Shown: positions 36,143 to 46,134, counted from the stretch's first letter. The stretch: 64,000 bases of DNA from Gemmatimonadota bacterium (GCA_028287345.1 JAQBPV010000218.1:13681-77680), one strand, 5' to 3'. Notes: generated by a model not told the origin, from the letters alone. Program-made: numbers and translations.

Positions 36143-37030
36143 ATGACCGGCAAGTTGAAGGTGCTCGTGACTGGCGCGACGGGGAAGCAGGGCGGCCATC
36201 TGGTGCGTGAGCTTCTCGCCCGGGGGCACACGGTCCGCGCGCTGACGAGAACACCGGAGTCACCTGCCGCGGCCGCGCTCGCGGAGCGCGGCGCCAGGAT
36301 CGTTCCAGGCGATTTCGATGATCAGGGAAGTCTCGAGCGCGCCGCACGCGGCGTTGACACCGTCTTTGCGATGTCGACGCCATTCGGGGGCGGGGAGGAA
36401 ACGGAGACACGTGAAGGCATCAACATTCTTCACGCCGCGTCGAGCGAGGGTGTCACGCATCTCGTCTATTCGTCGGTGGCCGGCGCCGATCGAGCCACGG
36501 GCATTCCGCATTTCGACAGCAAGTTCGAGGTCGAGAAGGAGATACGACAGTCGGGCATACCGTTCACGATTGTCGCGCCGGTCTTCTTCATGGAGAACTT
36601 TCTCGCAGACTGGATGGCAGCCGGTATCGCTAAGGGCTCGATCGCGATGGCCTTGCCCGCGACGCGTCGCCTGCAACAGATCGCGGTCGCTGATATCGCG
36701 CAGTTCACGGCGCTCGTCATCGAGCGTCGTGAGGGTTTCCTCGGAAAACGGATCGAAATCGCGTCCGACGAACTGACGGTCGCCACGGTCGCCGCCCAAA
36801 TCAGCGATGAGACGGGGCGACACATCGAGTATACGGCGATTCCAGTGGACGCCGTGCGTCAGCAGAACGAAGATGTCGCGCGGATGTATGAGTGGTTCGA
36901 CCGCGTGGGATACGACGCTGACGTCGTTGGCCTGCGATGGCGCTATCCCGAAGTCGACTGGCACCGTTTCGACACTTGGGTTGGCGAGCAGGAGTGGCCA
37001 GCCATCGCCCTCGCGGCGACAGTGCTCTGA
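36143..37030 (+). CDS. NmrA-family NAD(P)-binding protein
   Basis: VLVTGATGKQGGHLVRELLARGHTVRALTR Rossmann N-terminus. About 295 aa. Confidence 0.8.
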   Translation: MTGKLKVLVTGATGKQGGHLVRELLARGHTVRALTRTPESPAAAALAERGARIVPGDFDDQGSLERAARGVDTVFAMSTPFGGGEETETREGINILHAASSEGVTHLVYSSVAGADRATGIPHFDSKFEVEKEIRQSGIPFTIVAPVFFMENFLADWMAAGIAKGSIAMALPATRRLQQIAVADIAQFTALVIERREGFLGKRIEIASDELTVATVAAQISDETGRHIEYTAIPVDAVRQQNEDVARMYEWFDRVGYDADVVGLRWRYPEVDWHRFDTWVGEQEWPAIALAATVL

Positions 37031-37980
37031 TGAAGGCCGCCAGAGTGCTGGAATACGGTGGCCAGCTGTTGCTCAATGATGTGCCGATGCCGACGATCGA
37101 ACCCGATGAGATCCTGGTGAAGGTCAGGAGTACCGCCGTCAACCAGTTGGACCTCGTGAAGGCCTCCGGAACTGTCAGGCAGATACTCCCCATCGACCTG
37201 CCGTGGATCCCTGGTCATGAGTTTTCCGGAAATGTCGAGCAGGTCGGCAGTGCCGTGACGGCGTGGGTGCGGGGTGACGCCGTGTTCGGTACGAGCGATC
37301 AGGGTGCCTACGCGGAGTACGTGCTTGTAAAGCCAACGACCATCGCAAAGAAGCCAACCAGACTCTCCTTTGAGGAGGCCGCATCCGTGCCCATCGCCGC
37401 ACAAACGGCATGGCAGGGAATCTTCACTCACGGTCTCATGGAGAAGGGACAGACGATCCTTATTCATGGCGGCGCCGGAGCCGTGGGCTCGTATGCGGTG
37501 CAATTGGCATCGAGGGCCGGTGCCACGGTCATTGCCACGGCAAGCCGCACCGATGAGGCATACCTCCATTCCATCGGAGCCACCAGGGTTATCGATTATC
37601 ACGATGCGCCATTCGAAAAGGTGTTGCGAGAGAAAGTCGATGTGGTGCTCGATCTGGTCGGAGGCGATACCCAGAAGCGGTCCTTCGAGGTTCTGAAGGA
37701 GGGCGGGCATCTCGTCGCAACCACTCAGCCCGTGTCGTCGGAAGAGACGACGAGGCACCGCGTGTCGGGCGCGATGATGAGACTTGCGCCGTCGGCGGGC
37801 GGGCTGCACAGAATCGCGCAGCTGCTGGAAGCGGGGACGATCCGACCCGATGTCGCGAGCGTGTACGCGCTCCATGATGCGGCCCAAGCCTGGAAGGACA
37901 TCGCTGCGAATGTGTCGCCTTCTGGAAGTCGCCGGTCGCACGGCAAGATCGTGCTGCGCGTGGCGGTGGAGCAGGCCTGA
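37030..37980 (+). CDS. MDR-family NADPH:quinone oxidoreductase / Zn-alcohol dehydrogenase-like
   Basis: ATG overlaps the upstream TGA (TGATG). MKAARVLEYGG..., ILIHGGAGAVGSYAVQLA nucleotide-binding motif. Confidence 0.85.
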   Translation: MKAARVLEYGGQLLLNDVPMPTIEPDEILVKVRSTAVNQLDLVKASGTVRQILPIDLPWIPGHEFSGNVEQVGSAVTAWVRGDAVFGTSDQGAYAEYVLVKPTTIAKKPTRLSFEEAASVPIAAQTAWQGIFTHGLMEKGQTILIHGGAGAVGSYAVQLASRAGATVIATASRTDEAYLHSIGATRVIDYHDAPFEKVLREKVDVVLDLVGGDTQKRSFEVLKEGGHLVATTQPVSSEETTRHRVSGAMMRLAPSAGGLHRIAQLLEAGTIRPDVASVYALHDAAQAWKDIAANVSPSGSRRSHGKIVLRVAVEQA

Positions 37981-38741
37981 TGTCAGGCCGATTGGCGGGG
38001 AAGGTGTGCATCATCACGGGAACGGGCGGAAGCGTGGGCCGCGCGGCCGCCCTGGCCTTTGCACGCGAGGGGGCGTCAGTCGTCGGTTGCGACGTGACAG
38101 TCGAGGAGGCTGAAGTGACGAGTGAATTGGTCCGCGCCGAGGGCGGAACGATGATCTCGCTCCAGCCATGCCGCCTGACGGATTCGTCCGAGTGTCACGC
38201 GCTTGTCGACTTCGCAGTGCGCGCGTTCGGACGGATCGACGTGCTATTCAACAATGCCGCCATGGCGTACTTCAACTGGCTCGAGGACATCACGGACGAA
38301 GAGTGGAGTCGTGACATGCGGGGAGAAATTGACCTGGTGTTCTTCCTCACGCGTGCGGCGTGGCCGCATTTGAAGACCAGCCACGGAGTCGTGGTCAACA
38401 CTGCGTCCCTGAATGGTCTCCTCAGCTTCAAGACGCTGGGGTCCCTGGCGCATACGACCGCCAAGGCAGGCGTCATCGGCATGACGCGACAGCTCGCGAT
38501 GGAAGGGCGAGAGCACGGGATTCGCGCGAACTCCATCTCGCCTGGATTGATCGAGACCAACCAGACGCGCGAGCAGCTGAAGGACCCCGCATGGGCGAGC
38601 GCGATGCTGGGGAAGACACTCCTCGGCCGTCTTGGCCGGCCGGAGGAAGTGGCGAACCTCGCGCTCTTCCTGGCGTCGGAGGAGAGCTCCTACGTGACGG
38701 GTGTGGATATCGTGGTCGATGGAGGAATGCGAGTTTGGTAA
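37980..38741 (+). CDS. SDR-family oxidoreductase
   Basis: Start overlaps the upstream stop. GKVCIITGTGGSVGRAAA (TGxxxGxG), NNAA. The catalytic Tyr position reads LAHTTAKAG, a His-for-Tyr variant of YxxxK worth checking. Confidence 0.8.
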   Translation: MSGRLAGKVCIITGTGGSVGRAAALAFAREGASVVGCDVTVEEAEVTSELVRAEGGTMISLQPCRLTDSSECHALVDFAVRAFGRIDVLFNNAAMAYFNWLEDITDEEWSRDMRGEIDLVFFLTRAAWPHLKTSHGVVVNTASLNGLLSFKTLGSLAHTTAKAGVIGMTRQLAMEGREHGIRANSISPGLIETNQTREQLKDPAWASAMLGKTLLGRLGRPEEVANLALFLASEESSYVTGVDIVVDGGMRVW

Positions 38742-38936
38742 CGGTCCAGGAGGACACAACGATCATAAGTGAAGCTGAGCCTGCCGAAACCTAAGCCCCG
38801 ACGGACAACGGCAAGGCTCGAGGCTAAGCGAATCGTGAGACGTCCGATGCCGTGAGCGCGAAGGAAGTAGTTCGGATAGCGGGTACGCGTGGCATTCAGC
38901 TGGCGCAACCTAGCTCGATGCTTGCGAGATCCTCAA

Positions 38937-41117
38937 TCACATGTCGTTCCGCGCTCTATTTCGGAAACGATTCTTGTCGATCTTCAGGGTGCGAATCTTC
39001 GACTCGAGCGTCGAGCGAGGGATTCCAAGTCGCGCTGCTGCTCCCGCAGACCCGAACACGCGACCGCCACAGGCCCGCAGCGCGTCCTCGACGATCGCCT
39101 TCTCGTGCACGCCCATCGCTCGTGACAGGCCAAGTCGACTTTCGACCGAACGTGCCGTCGAGACCCAACTGTCGTCAACCGTAAATTCGTCCGTGTCAGA
39201 AACGATGACCGACCGCTCGATCACGTTTTGCAGTTCGCGAACATTTCCCGGCCAGGGATACGACTGGAGACGCTCGAGTGTCCGCTTGGCGACGCGCCGA
39301 AACGTCTTGCCCGCTTTCCGCGCATACCGACCGACGAAGTACTCTACCAAGTGCGGAATGTCTTCCGGTCGCTCTCGTAGAGGCGGCATCTCGAGCGGAA
39401 ACACGTTCAGGCGATAGTAGAGATCTTCGCGGAAGACCCCGTCTGTGACGGCGGCAGCCAAGTCACGATTCGTCGCGGCAATGACGCGCACATCGACGCG
39501 GATGAGATCGTTTCCACCAACTCGTTCGAATTCCCGCTCCTGAAGCACCCGCAGCAATGCTACCTGAATGTCGGGTGAGAGTTCACCGACCTCGTCGAGA
39601 AAAAGCGTACCACCGTTCGCGAGCTCGAATCGGCCGCGGCGCCGCTGAGTCGCGCCGGTAAACGCACCTTTCTCATGGCCGAACAATTCAGAGGCAATCA
39701 GGTCGCGGGGAATAGCCGCGCAGTTCACGGCCACAAACGCGCGCGAAGCACGGGGCGAGCGTACATGAATCGCCCGCGCCACGAGTTCCTTTCCCGTCCC
39801 CGTCTCGCCGGTGACAAGGACAGTCGAATCGCTACCGGCGACTTTAGAAACTCGTGACAGCGCGGCCGTCAACGCGGGTGACGTGCCCACGATGTCTTCG
39901 AACATTGAAGACTGCGCAATTTCCTCACGAAGCGCCACGTTTTCCTGAAGTAACCGGTCCTCGGCGCCTTTCCTATCGTCGATATCGGTGCAGGCAAAGT
40001 AATATCGGACCACTTGTCCTTGGTCGTTGCGAAGAGGATGGTACCGAACAAGAAACCAGCGATGGGTTCCATCTCCCTTCCGCAGGCGCACTTCAAACTC
40101 GCAATCAGCCTGGTTGTTCGCGGAACGAATGAGCACCGTGTTCACGCGATCGACGTCGTCCGGATGTACTTCGTCCGCCGAGGTTCGTTGGCGCCATTCG
40201 TCGAGCGTGATGCCGTAATAGTCAAGCGCAAAGCGGCTCGCATACAGACGCTCGCCCCCGGATCCCAAGACGCCAATGATCTGAGGCGCGAGATCCAGTA
40301 TTTGACGGAGTTCTGTTTCCTGCGCTCGGATCTTGTCCTCGGCCTCCCTGCGCTCCGTGATGTCCACGATCGCGCCAAGCACTTCTGCGTGGCCCGTCTC
40401 ATCACGATAGCAGTGTGCAATGTTGCTGATATGACGTATCGAACCATCGGTCATCAGCAAGCGATGCTCATATGCAATATCGTCCTCGCCGAGAGCCCCC
40501 CGCCGAATGGCGTCTTTGACAAGGCCCACGTCCTCGGGATGAACTCGCCCCAATATCGCCTCGAGCGTCGGTTCTGTCCCGGGTGAGTACCCGTAGATGC
40601 GAGCGGACTCGTCAGACCAAAATATCCGCTCCGTACTGACGTCCATTCCGACGCTACCGACATGGCTCAGTCGTTGTGCTTCCACGATGCAGTGCTCGCT
40701 ACGGCGCAGGGCGTCCTCTGCGCGCTTGCGGTCTTCGATATCGAGATTAATGCCGATGAAACCGCGTACCGCACCATCGTGCGCGAGCAACGGCTCGACA
40801 CAACTCAGAAACCAGCGGTGCTCGCCGTCAGCAGCTCGCACCCGAAATGCCGTCTGACCCGCCTGGCCTGTTTTGAGGATCGCTTCGCCGACATCTCGCG
40901 ACGACTGATGGTCGTCTGGATGGAGCAGTTGGAGATGAGTGTCCCAAGCCACGCCCGTCTCCACCCCCGACCGAAGAGGATGGTCGCTCTTGAGACCCAG
41001 ATAGTCCGCATACCGGCGGTTGACGAACGTGAGGACACCCGACGGACCGGAGTACCAAGTGTACGCCGGAATTGTATCGAGCGTGATTCGCAACTGTTCT
41101 CGAAGGGATTCATCCAT
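38937..41117 (-). CDS. PAS-domain sigma-54-dependent transcriptional activator (bEBP)
   Basis: Three PAS-like repeats, then VLVTGETGTGKELVARAIH (Walker A), ELFGHEKGAFTGA (GAFTGA), and a C-terminal Fis-type HTH. Confidence 0.9.
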   Translation of the reverse strand: MDESLREQLRITLDTIPAYTWYSGPSGVLTFVNRRYADYLGLKSDHPLRSGVETGVAWDTHLQLLHPDDHQSSRDVGEAILKTGQAGQTAFRVRAADGEHRWFLSCVEPLLAHDGAVRGFIGINLDIEDRKRAEDALRRSEHCIVEAQRLSHVGSVGMDVSTERIFWSDESARIYGYSPGTEPTLEAILGRVHPEDVGLVKDAIRRGALGEDDIAYEHRLLMTDGSIRHISNIAHCYRDETGHAEVLGAIVDITERREAEDKIRAQETELRQILDLAPQIIGVLGSGGERLYASRFALDYYGITLDEWRQRTSADEVHPDDVDRVNTVLIRSANNQADCEFEVRLRKGDGTHRWFLVRYHPLRNDQGQVVRYYFACTDIDDRKGAEDRLLQENVALREEIAQSSMFEDIVGTSPALTAALSRVSKVAGSDSTVLVTGETGTGKELVARAIHVRSPRASRAFVAVNCAAIPRDLIASELFGHEKGAFTGATQRRRGRFELANGGTLFLDEVGELSPDIQVALLRVLQEREFERVGGNDLIRVDVRVIAATNRDLAAAVTDGVFREDLYYRLNVFPLEMPPLRERPEDIPHLVEYFVGRYARKAGKTFRRVAKRTLERLQSYPWPGNVRELQNVIERSVIVSDTDEFTVDDSWVSTARSVESRLGLSRAMGVHEKAIVEDALRACGGRVFGSAGAAARLGIPRSTLESKIRTLKIDKNRFRNRARNDM

Positions 41118-41215
41118 GATCTGTGCTCCTCATTGATTGTCCAGTATTTCACCATTGGCGAGATGCTGTCAAGGTCGCGGCGATGAAAGACCTTCTAAAT
41201 CAACAACTTACGCGA

Positions 41216-41231
41216 TGGAACAACCATTGCC
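41216..41231 (+). promoter_or_regulatory. Candidate sigma-54 (-24/-12) promoter
   Basis: TGGAACAACCATTGCC has GG-N10-GC spacing and matches TGGCAC-N5-TTGC at TGG.AC and TTGC. It is divergent from the bEBP gene, but ~290 nt upstream of the next start codon (41521). Confidence 0.4.
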
Positions 41232-41520
41232 TTTGACGACTGCGCTAGCATGCACGCCGACGAGGACTCTGGATCCCGAGTACTTGGTCCACAACGAGAT
41301 GATCAAGACGCGGATGACATCAACTGATCGACCACCTCATGAGCCTTCGACGCGCCCGCGCGTCGAGTTGGCGGTTCTTGACCCACACTCCAAGCGAAGC
41401 CTCGGATCGGCTGGCAGCCCCTGACGGGCACGAGGAACACGCCGATTAGCGACACGCGCTCGCCCCACGTGCTCGCAGAATGGAGCCGCTGAGCCACACA
41501 ATCGCAGAGAGGGAGCTCAT

Positions 41521-41961
41521 ATGTCCGACGAAGCACGGCTTGAGGTCAATAAGAAGATCGCCCGGGAGTACATCCAGCGCGTGTTCAACGAGCACAAGCC
41601 GGAGTTGGCGAAGGACTACGTCACGGCGGACGTTGTGTGGCACGGCGGGATTCTTGGTGACATCTCGGGCGCGGAGAATGTTGCCCAGTTGCTCACGAGT
41701 TTCATCGGGGCGTTACCCGACCTCCAGGCCGTGGAAGAGGACATCGTCGCCGAGTCCGATCTCGTCGTGATCCGACTCGTGGTTACGGCCACCCAGCGGG
41801 GCGACCTCTTGGGAGTTCCGGCGAGCGGACGCGCCGTTCGGTGGAACGCTGTTGATATCTACCGCGTTCGCGACGGACGGATCAGCGAGGAGTGGGCCGC
41901 GGACGACATCGCGGCAATCATGAGCCAGCTCGGTGCCTTCGCGCCGCCGTGGAAGGCCTGA
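41521..41961 (+). CDS. SnoaL-like ester cyclase/polyketide cyclase-fold protein
   Basis: NKKIAREYIQRVFNEHKPELAKDYVTADVVWHG... is typical of the ester cyclase family. RBS GAGGGAG. Confidence 0.7.
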   Translation: MSDEARLEVNKKIAREYIQRVFNEHKPELAKDYVTADVVWHGGILGDISGAENVAQLLTSFIGALPDLQAVEEDIVAESDLVVIRLVVTATQRGDLLGVPASGRAVRWNAVDIYRVRDGRISEEWAADDIAAIMSQLGAFAPPWKA

Positions 41962-42125
41962 GACGGGAGGCGAGATGACGGCGATGCGTACGACATCAAA
42001 AGGGCGACCGCCTCATGAGTCTTCAATGCGTGCGCGCACCGAGTCCGCGACCGGAGATCAGCCGATCGTGTGCCGAAGGACATTCGAACGGCTCAACACA
42101 GTCCTCGATAAGGAGGGAGATTGTT

Positions 42126-42983
42126 ATGGCGGGGAGTAGCGTACGCACGGCGGCGGTCACAGGCGCTGGCAGCGGACTTGGTCGCGATATCGCGTTGGGT
42201 CTCGCCGCCAAGAACTATCGGGTGTTCGGCACGGCGACAAAACAAGCAGATATCGACGAAGTCCGAACGGCTTCCGGCGCAGCTGTCAACCTAACCCGCT
42301 GCGACATTACCGACGATTCTACTGTAAGGCAGTGGGCGCGCGACGTCGCATCGCAAACCGGAGGCGGCCTCGATCTCCTCATCAACAACGCCGGAATCCT
42401 GACTCCCGGTCCGTTGGAAATTCTCTCGCCTGCGGCCATCCGACGTGAGTTCGACGTCAACGTTTTCGGAGCGATCTCCGTGATCAATGCGTTTCTGCCG
42501 GCGCTTCGCCAGGTACGCGGGCGCATCGTCCAGATCGGCACTTGGACAGCCAGTTTGCCGATGCCTTTCAACGGACCATCGGGCGCATCGAAAGCGGCAG
42601 TCGAGGTGTTGGCAGCCGTCTACCGCGCCGAGCTGAAGCCGTTCGGCATCGACGTGGTAGTTGCCGTGCCGGGCAACATGAGAACGGGCGGTCCCGCGAA
42701 GACTGCGGCAGCCATGGAAAGAGTCGCCGACGAGATGACAGCCGAACAGCGCGAACTGTACGGACGCACGTTCGGAACCTTCGCGAACGCCCTCAACAGC
42801 ATGCAAAACAGCGGGCTCGATTCCGTTTCAGCTGCGAACAAGGTGATCGAACTCGCTGAGCAAGTGCCTGCGCAGAGCCGTGCACCGGTTGGCACTGACG
42901 CCGAGGAAATGCTGCGTGCCGTACGGGAGAAATCTGACGCCGAGCTGGACGCCCTTCGCCTGCAGGTGGTCGGCCTGAACTGA
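42126..42983 (+). CDS. SDR-family oxidoreductase
   Basis: ATG 42126 with AAGGAGGGAG upstream. AAVTGAGSGLGRDIA, NNAG. ASKAAVEV has no Tyr at the YxxxK position and is an atypical variant. Confidence 0.8.
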   Translation: MAGSSVRTAAVTGAGSGLGRDIALGLAAKNYRVFGTATKQADIDEVRTASGAAVNLTRCDITDDSTVRQWARDVASQTGGGLDLLINNAGILTPGPLEILSPAAIRREFDVNVFGAISVINAFLPALRQVRGRIVQIGTWTASLPMPFNGPSGASKAAVEVLAAVYRAELKPFGIDVVVAVPGNMRTGGPAKTAAAMERVADEMTAEQRELYGRTFGTFANALNSMQNSGLDSVSAANKVIELAEQVPAQSRAPVGTDAEEMLRAVREKSDAELDALRLQVVGLN

Positions 42984-43027
42984 GGCACGCCTGACGACAG
43001 ATGCGGATCAGAGATCGGAGGCCGTCC

Positions 43028-43507
43028 ATGATCAATAAGGAGTCAGACGTGATTGAACTCGTCGATGCGAAGGATACCCGCGCAGTTCGCAACAAGAACA
43101 ATGTCCTTGCCTTCTATGAGTTGGTAATCAACAACAAGCGCTCGGAAGAAAGCGTGGCGCAGTTCATGACCCCGGCGTACATCCAGCATAATCCGCTCAT
43201 CGGTGACGGTGCGCCGGCTCTGGGAACGTTTTTTGGCCAGATCACGAAGGACCGCGCTCGGGCCAGGGTGGTGGTCCACCGCATCATCGCCGTCGGCGAC
43301 TATGTATGGGCGCATGTCAACTTTCTGAATTTGTTCAACGACGATCCGCAGGACAGTGGAATCGCTGGCGTCGACATCTATAGGATGGACGCTGACGGAA
43401 AGGCGATCGAGCACTGGGATACTCTGCAAGTCGTCGGGGACCAGAAAAATGCTGCGCCATGGCTTGCGCCGAATGTGCACCGGGCGAATTCACACGGGAT
43501 GTTCTGA
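43028..43507 (+). CDS. SnoaL-like/NTF2-fold protein
   Basis: NKNNVLAFYELVINNKRSEESVAQFMTPAYIQHNPLIGDG is typical of the SnoaL_2 family. RBS GGAGG. Confidence 0.65.
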   Translation: MINKESDVIELVDAKDTRAVRNKNNVLAFYELVINNKRSEESVAQFMTPAYIQHNPLIGDGAPALGTFFGQITKDRARARVVVHRIIAVGDYVWAHVNFLNLFNDDPQDSGIAGVDIYRMDADGKAIEHWDTLQVVGDQKNAAPWLAPNVHRANSHGMF

Positions 43508-43534
43508 GACGACAACACTCCGGCCGCCTGTCGA

Positions 43535-44453
43535 ATGCGCCGCGAAATGGAGAGAAGCATGAACGCGGAGTTAGCATCTAATTCGCCGAAAACGCGAAAC
43601 GTTATTCATCGGACGAGGGGATTCAGTCACGGGCCGATCACGCGATTGATGAGCCCGTCCGATCTGGGGCAGGAGCTGAAGCCGTTTGTCTTTCTCGACC
43701 TCTTCGAGGCGGACATGCGAGACCTGGCGCGCGGCACGCCCATACATCCGCATTCTGGTATCGCGACGATTACGGTGTTTACAGAGGGTGACGCGACTTT
43801 CGACGATCCGCGATCTGGACACGGGACCATCGGCTACGGCGGCGTCGAGTGGGTGCGTGCCGGACGTGGTATGTGGCACGGCAAGGAACTCTCCGCTGGT
43901 GCGTCGAAGACGGTCCAGGGCTTTCAACTCTGGATCGCACTTCCGCCAGACTTGGAGAACACGGAGCCCGAGGCGCAGTACCTAAGTGCCGAGGCCATAC
44001 CGACGATCGGTCCGGCGCGTCTCATCGTTGGTGCGTACGGTGGGGCGAGGAGCCCGGTCAGAGCGCCGGGCGCGATCAACTATGTCCTTGTTACTCTGAG
44101 GCCCGGTGAGCGCTGGGCGTACGAACCACCGGCGGGTCATACCGTGGGCTGGGTCGCGGTGGCCAAGGGAGCGCTCGCGGCGGGCGCGCAGCTGGCCGAG
44201 GGCGAGCTCGTGGTTTTTGAAAAGGCCGATTCGCCCATCACGTTTGAGGCCATGCCGTCGGGTGAGTGCAACGTTCGTTCTCGGCTCTGCCGCACCGCAC
44301 TCGCACCCGCTGTACCTCGGCGCCTATTCGGTCCACACATCCGAGGACGCGTTAGCCGTCGGTGAACGGAACATCGACGAGTTGAAAAAGCGTCTTGACG
44401 CAGCCGGGGATCGACGCACAGAAACCGGTTCGATGCCCGTCTTCCGCGACTGA
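43535..44453 (+). pseudogene. Pirin-family bicupin, interrupted by a frameshift near 44240-44270
   Basis: Frame A (43535-44365) gives the N-terminal cupin (IHPHSGIATITVFTEGD). Its tail after ...ITFEAMPSGE becomes Arg-rich nonsense. A second frame (open to 44453) reads ATFVLGSAAPHSHPLYLGAYSVHTSEDALAVGERNIDELKKRL, a plausible native C-terminus. Confidence 0.6.
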
Positions 44454-44549
44454 TGATCGTCGCGGCCGTCTGCCCGGGAAACTTCGCGGATGAAGAGATG
44501 TAACGCGCGCATTGATGATACGCTTACTTCACAGAGATGAGGAGCCAGT

Positions 44550-45155
44550 ATGAAAATTGGAATAATCGGCGCCGGCAACATCGGACAGGCGATCGCAAAG
44601 CGGCTCGCCCGTGCAGGAATTCCGGCCTCAATCGCGAACAGCCGCGGGCCGAGTTCCTTGTCTTCGCTTGTGCGCGAACTTGGCGCGGGGATCACCGCGA
44701 CGGAGATAGAGGTGGCCTCGAAGGCCGACGTGGTGTTTCTCGCAGTGCCTTGGCACATCTACGCGGAAGCGGTGTCCGGTCTCGCGCCTTGGGGCGGCCG
44801 CATCGTGATTGACGCCATGAATGCGGCCATCGTAGGGCCCGATGGCTTTCAACCAGCGGACCTTGGCGGCCGACCCTCCAGTAGTGTCGTGGCCGAACAA
44901 CTCACGGGAGCTCGACTGGTCAAGGCATTCAATACATTGCCGGCCGCAGCCCTTGCGAGCGAACCCGGCGCGGATGGCGGCAAGCGAGTGTTATTTGTCT
45001 CGGGCGACGATGCGTCCGCGAAACGAGAAGTTGCTCAACTCATCGAGCGCCTCGGGTTTGTGGCCATCGACCTCGGTGATTTCGAGATGGGTCGCCGACT
45101 GCAGCAGTTTCCGGGCGGCCCGCTTGCAGGACGCAACATGGTTCAGTTTCCATGA
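44550..45155 (+). CDS. NADP-dependent oxidoreductase, F420-oxidoreductase-like Rossmann protein
   Basis: MKIGIIGAGNIGQAIAKRLARAG. About 200 aa. C-terminal ...FVSGDDASAKREVAQLIERLGF is typical of the NADP_oxidored_coenzyme_F420-dependent family. Confidence 0.7.
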   Translation: MKIGIIGAGNIGQAIAKRLARAGIPASIANSRGPSSLSSLVRELGAGITATEIEVASKADVVFLAVPWHIYAEAVSGLAPWGGRIVIDAMNAAIVGPDGFQPADLGGRPSSSVVAEQLTGARLVKAFNTLPAAALASEPGADGGKRVLFVSGDDASAKREVAQLIERLGFVAIDLGDFEMGRRLQQFPGGPLAGRNMVQFP

Positions 45156-45317
45156 GCGCGAGGCAGACCAAGGGCTCGTACGGCTCACGTTCTCGGAGTC
45201 GAACACAAAGCCCTCCATGCGCGAGGGTCGCTATGTCAGCTGCGGCGCCGGCGCAACATGTCGAACGTGGAGACACGATGGATGCCGCGATGTCGAACAC
45301 GCCGGCGTCTTTCTCTC

Positions 45318-45971
45318 ATGGGAGGACTAACTAGCGTGGGGCAAGCGATAGACGACGCGGCGCTGAACGTGCTTTTCCGCGAAGCACGCACACACACAGC
45401 GTGGCAGCCGCGAGCGGTAGGCGATCAGACGCTACGGGATCTCTACGAGCTCCTCAAGTGGGCGCCCACTAGCTCGAACTCCGAGCCGGCTCGGTTTGCG
45501 TTTCTTCGGTCGAAGGAAGCGAAGGAACGGCTCCGTCCAGCGCTTGCTCCAGGAAACGTCGAGAAGACGATGACGGCTCCGGTCACCGTCATCGTCGCGT
45601 ACGATATGAAATTCTATGAGCAACTCCCAAAGCTGTTTCCTCCCAGCCCAAGTGCGAGGCAGATGTTTGAGGGCAATCCCCAGTTGGTGGAGGTGACTAC
45701 TCAGCGGAATTCTACGTTGCAGGGCGCATATCTGATCCTCGCCGCACGGGCGCTCGGGCTCGATTGTGGGCCGATGTCCGGCTTCGATAACGCCAGGGTG
45801 GATGAGGCGTTTTTTACTTCGGCGAAGGCTAGTACCGGCTGCGATCAGGAGTTCTTCCCCGAAGGTCATGTCAGGTCGAATTTCCTCTGCAACATTGGGT
45901 ACGGTGACGCAAGCAGACTACACCCCCGGCTTCCGCGTCTACCGTTCAATGCAGCGTGTTCGCTTCTGTAG
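45318..45971 (+). CDS. Nitroreductase-family malonic semialdehyde reductase (RutE-like)
   Basis: [16 protein letters not shown]...[31 protein letters not shown]...[11 protein letters not shown]...[26 protein letters not shown] is collinear with E. coli RutE as I remember it. Start is uncertain (45258 or 45318). Confidence 0.75.
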   Translation: MGGLTSVGQAIDDAALNVLFREARTHTAWQPRAVGDQTLRDLYELLKWAPTSSNSEPARFAFLRSKEAKERLRPALAPGNVEKTMTAPVTVIVAYDMKFYEQLPKLFPPSPSARQMFEGNPQLVEVTTQRNSTLQGAYLILAARALGLDCGPMSGFDNARVDEAFFTSAKASTGCDQEFFPEGHVRSNFLCNIGYGDASRLHPRLPRLPFNAACSLL

Positions 45972-46028
45972 CGATATGCATTCGAGAAGAGTTCGCGCTG
46001 AGACTGTCGGGTGGCAGAGCCGCCGATC

Positions 46029-46116
46029 TATCCCAAAGGTCTGATAGGGACGTCACCACATTGGCAGACGCGGGCACGCTTGGCATCGCGTACACTCTCG
46101 TTGCGCAACCACACCA
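46029..46116 (+). promoter_or_regulatory. Conserved intergenic element, copy D
   Basis: TATCCCAAAGGTCTGATA at 46029-46046, then ...GGCAGACGCGGGCACG...CGCGTACACTCTCGTTGCGCAACCACACC. Collinear with copies A and B. Ends ~20 nt before ATG 46135. Confidence 0.5.
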
Positions 46117-46134
46117 AATCGCCGAGAGCGGATC

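Noticed and set aside
35571-37941. Several long minus-strand ORFs (35571-36410, 36260-36964, 36943-37941)
   Set aside because: Each is antisense to + strand genes with clear Rossmann, NmrA or MDR motifs and RBS-linked or overlapping starts. These are compositional artefacts.
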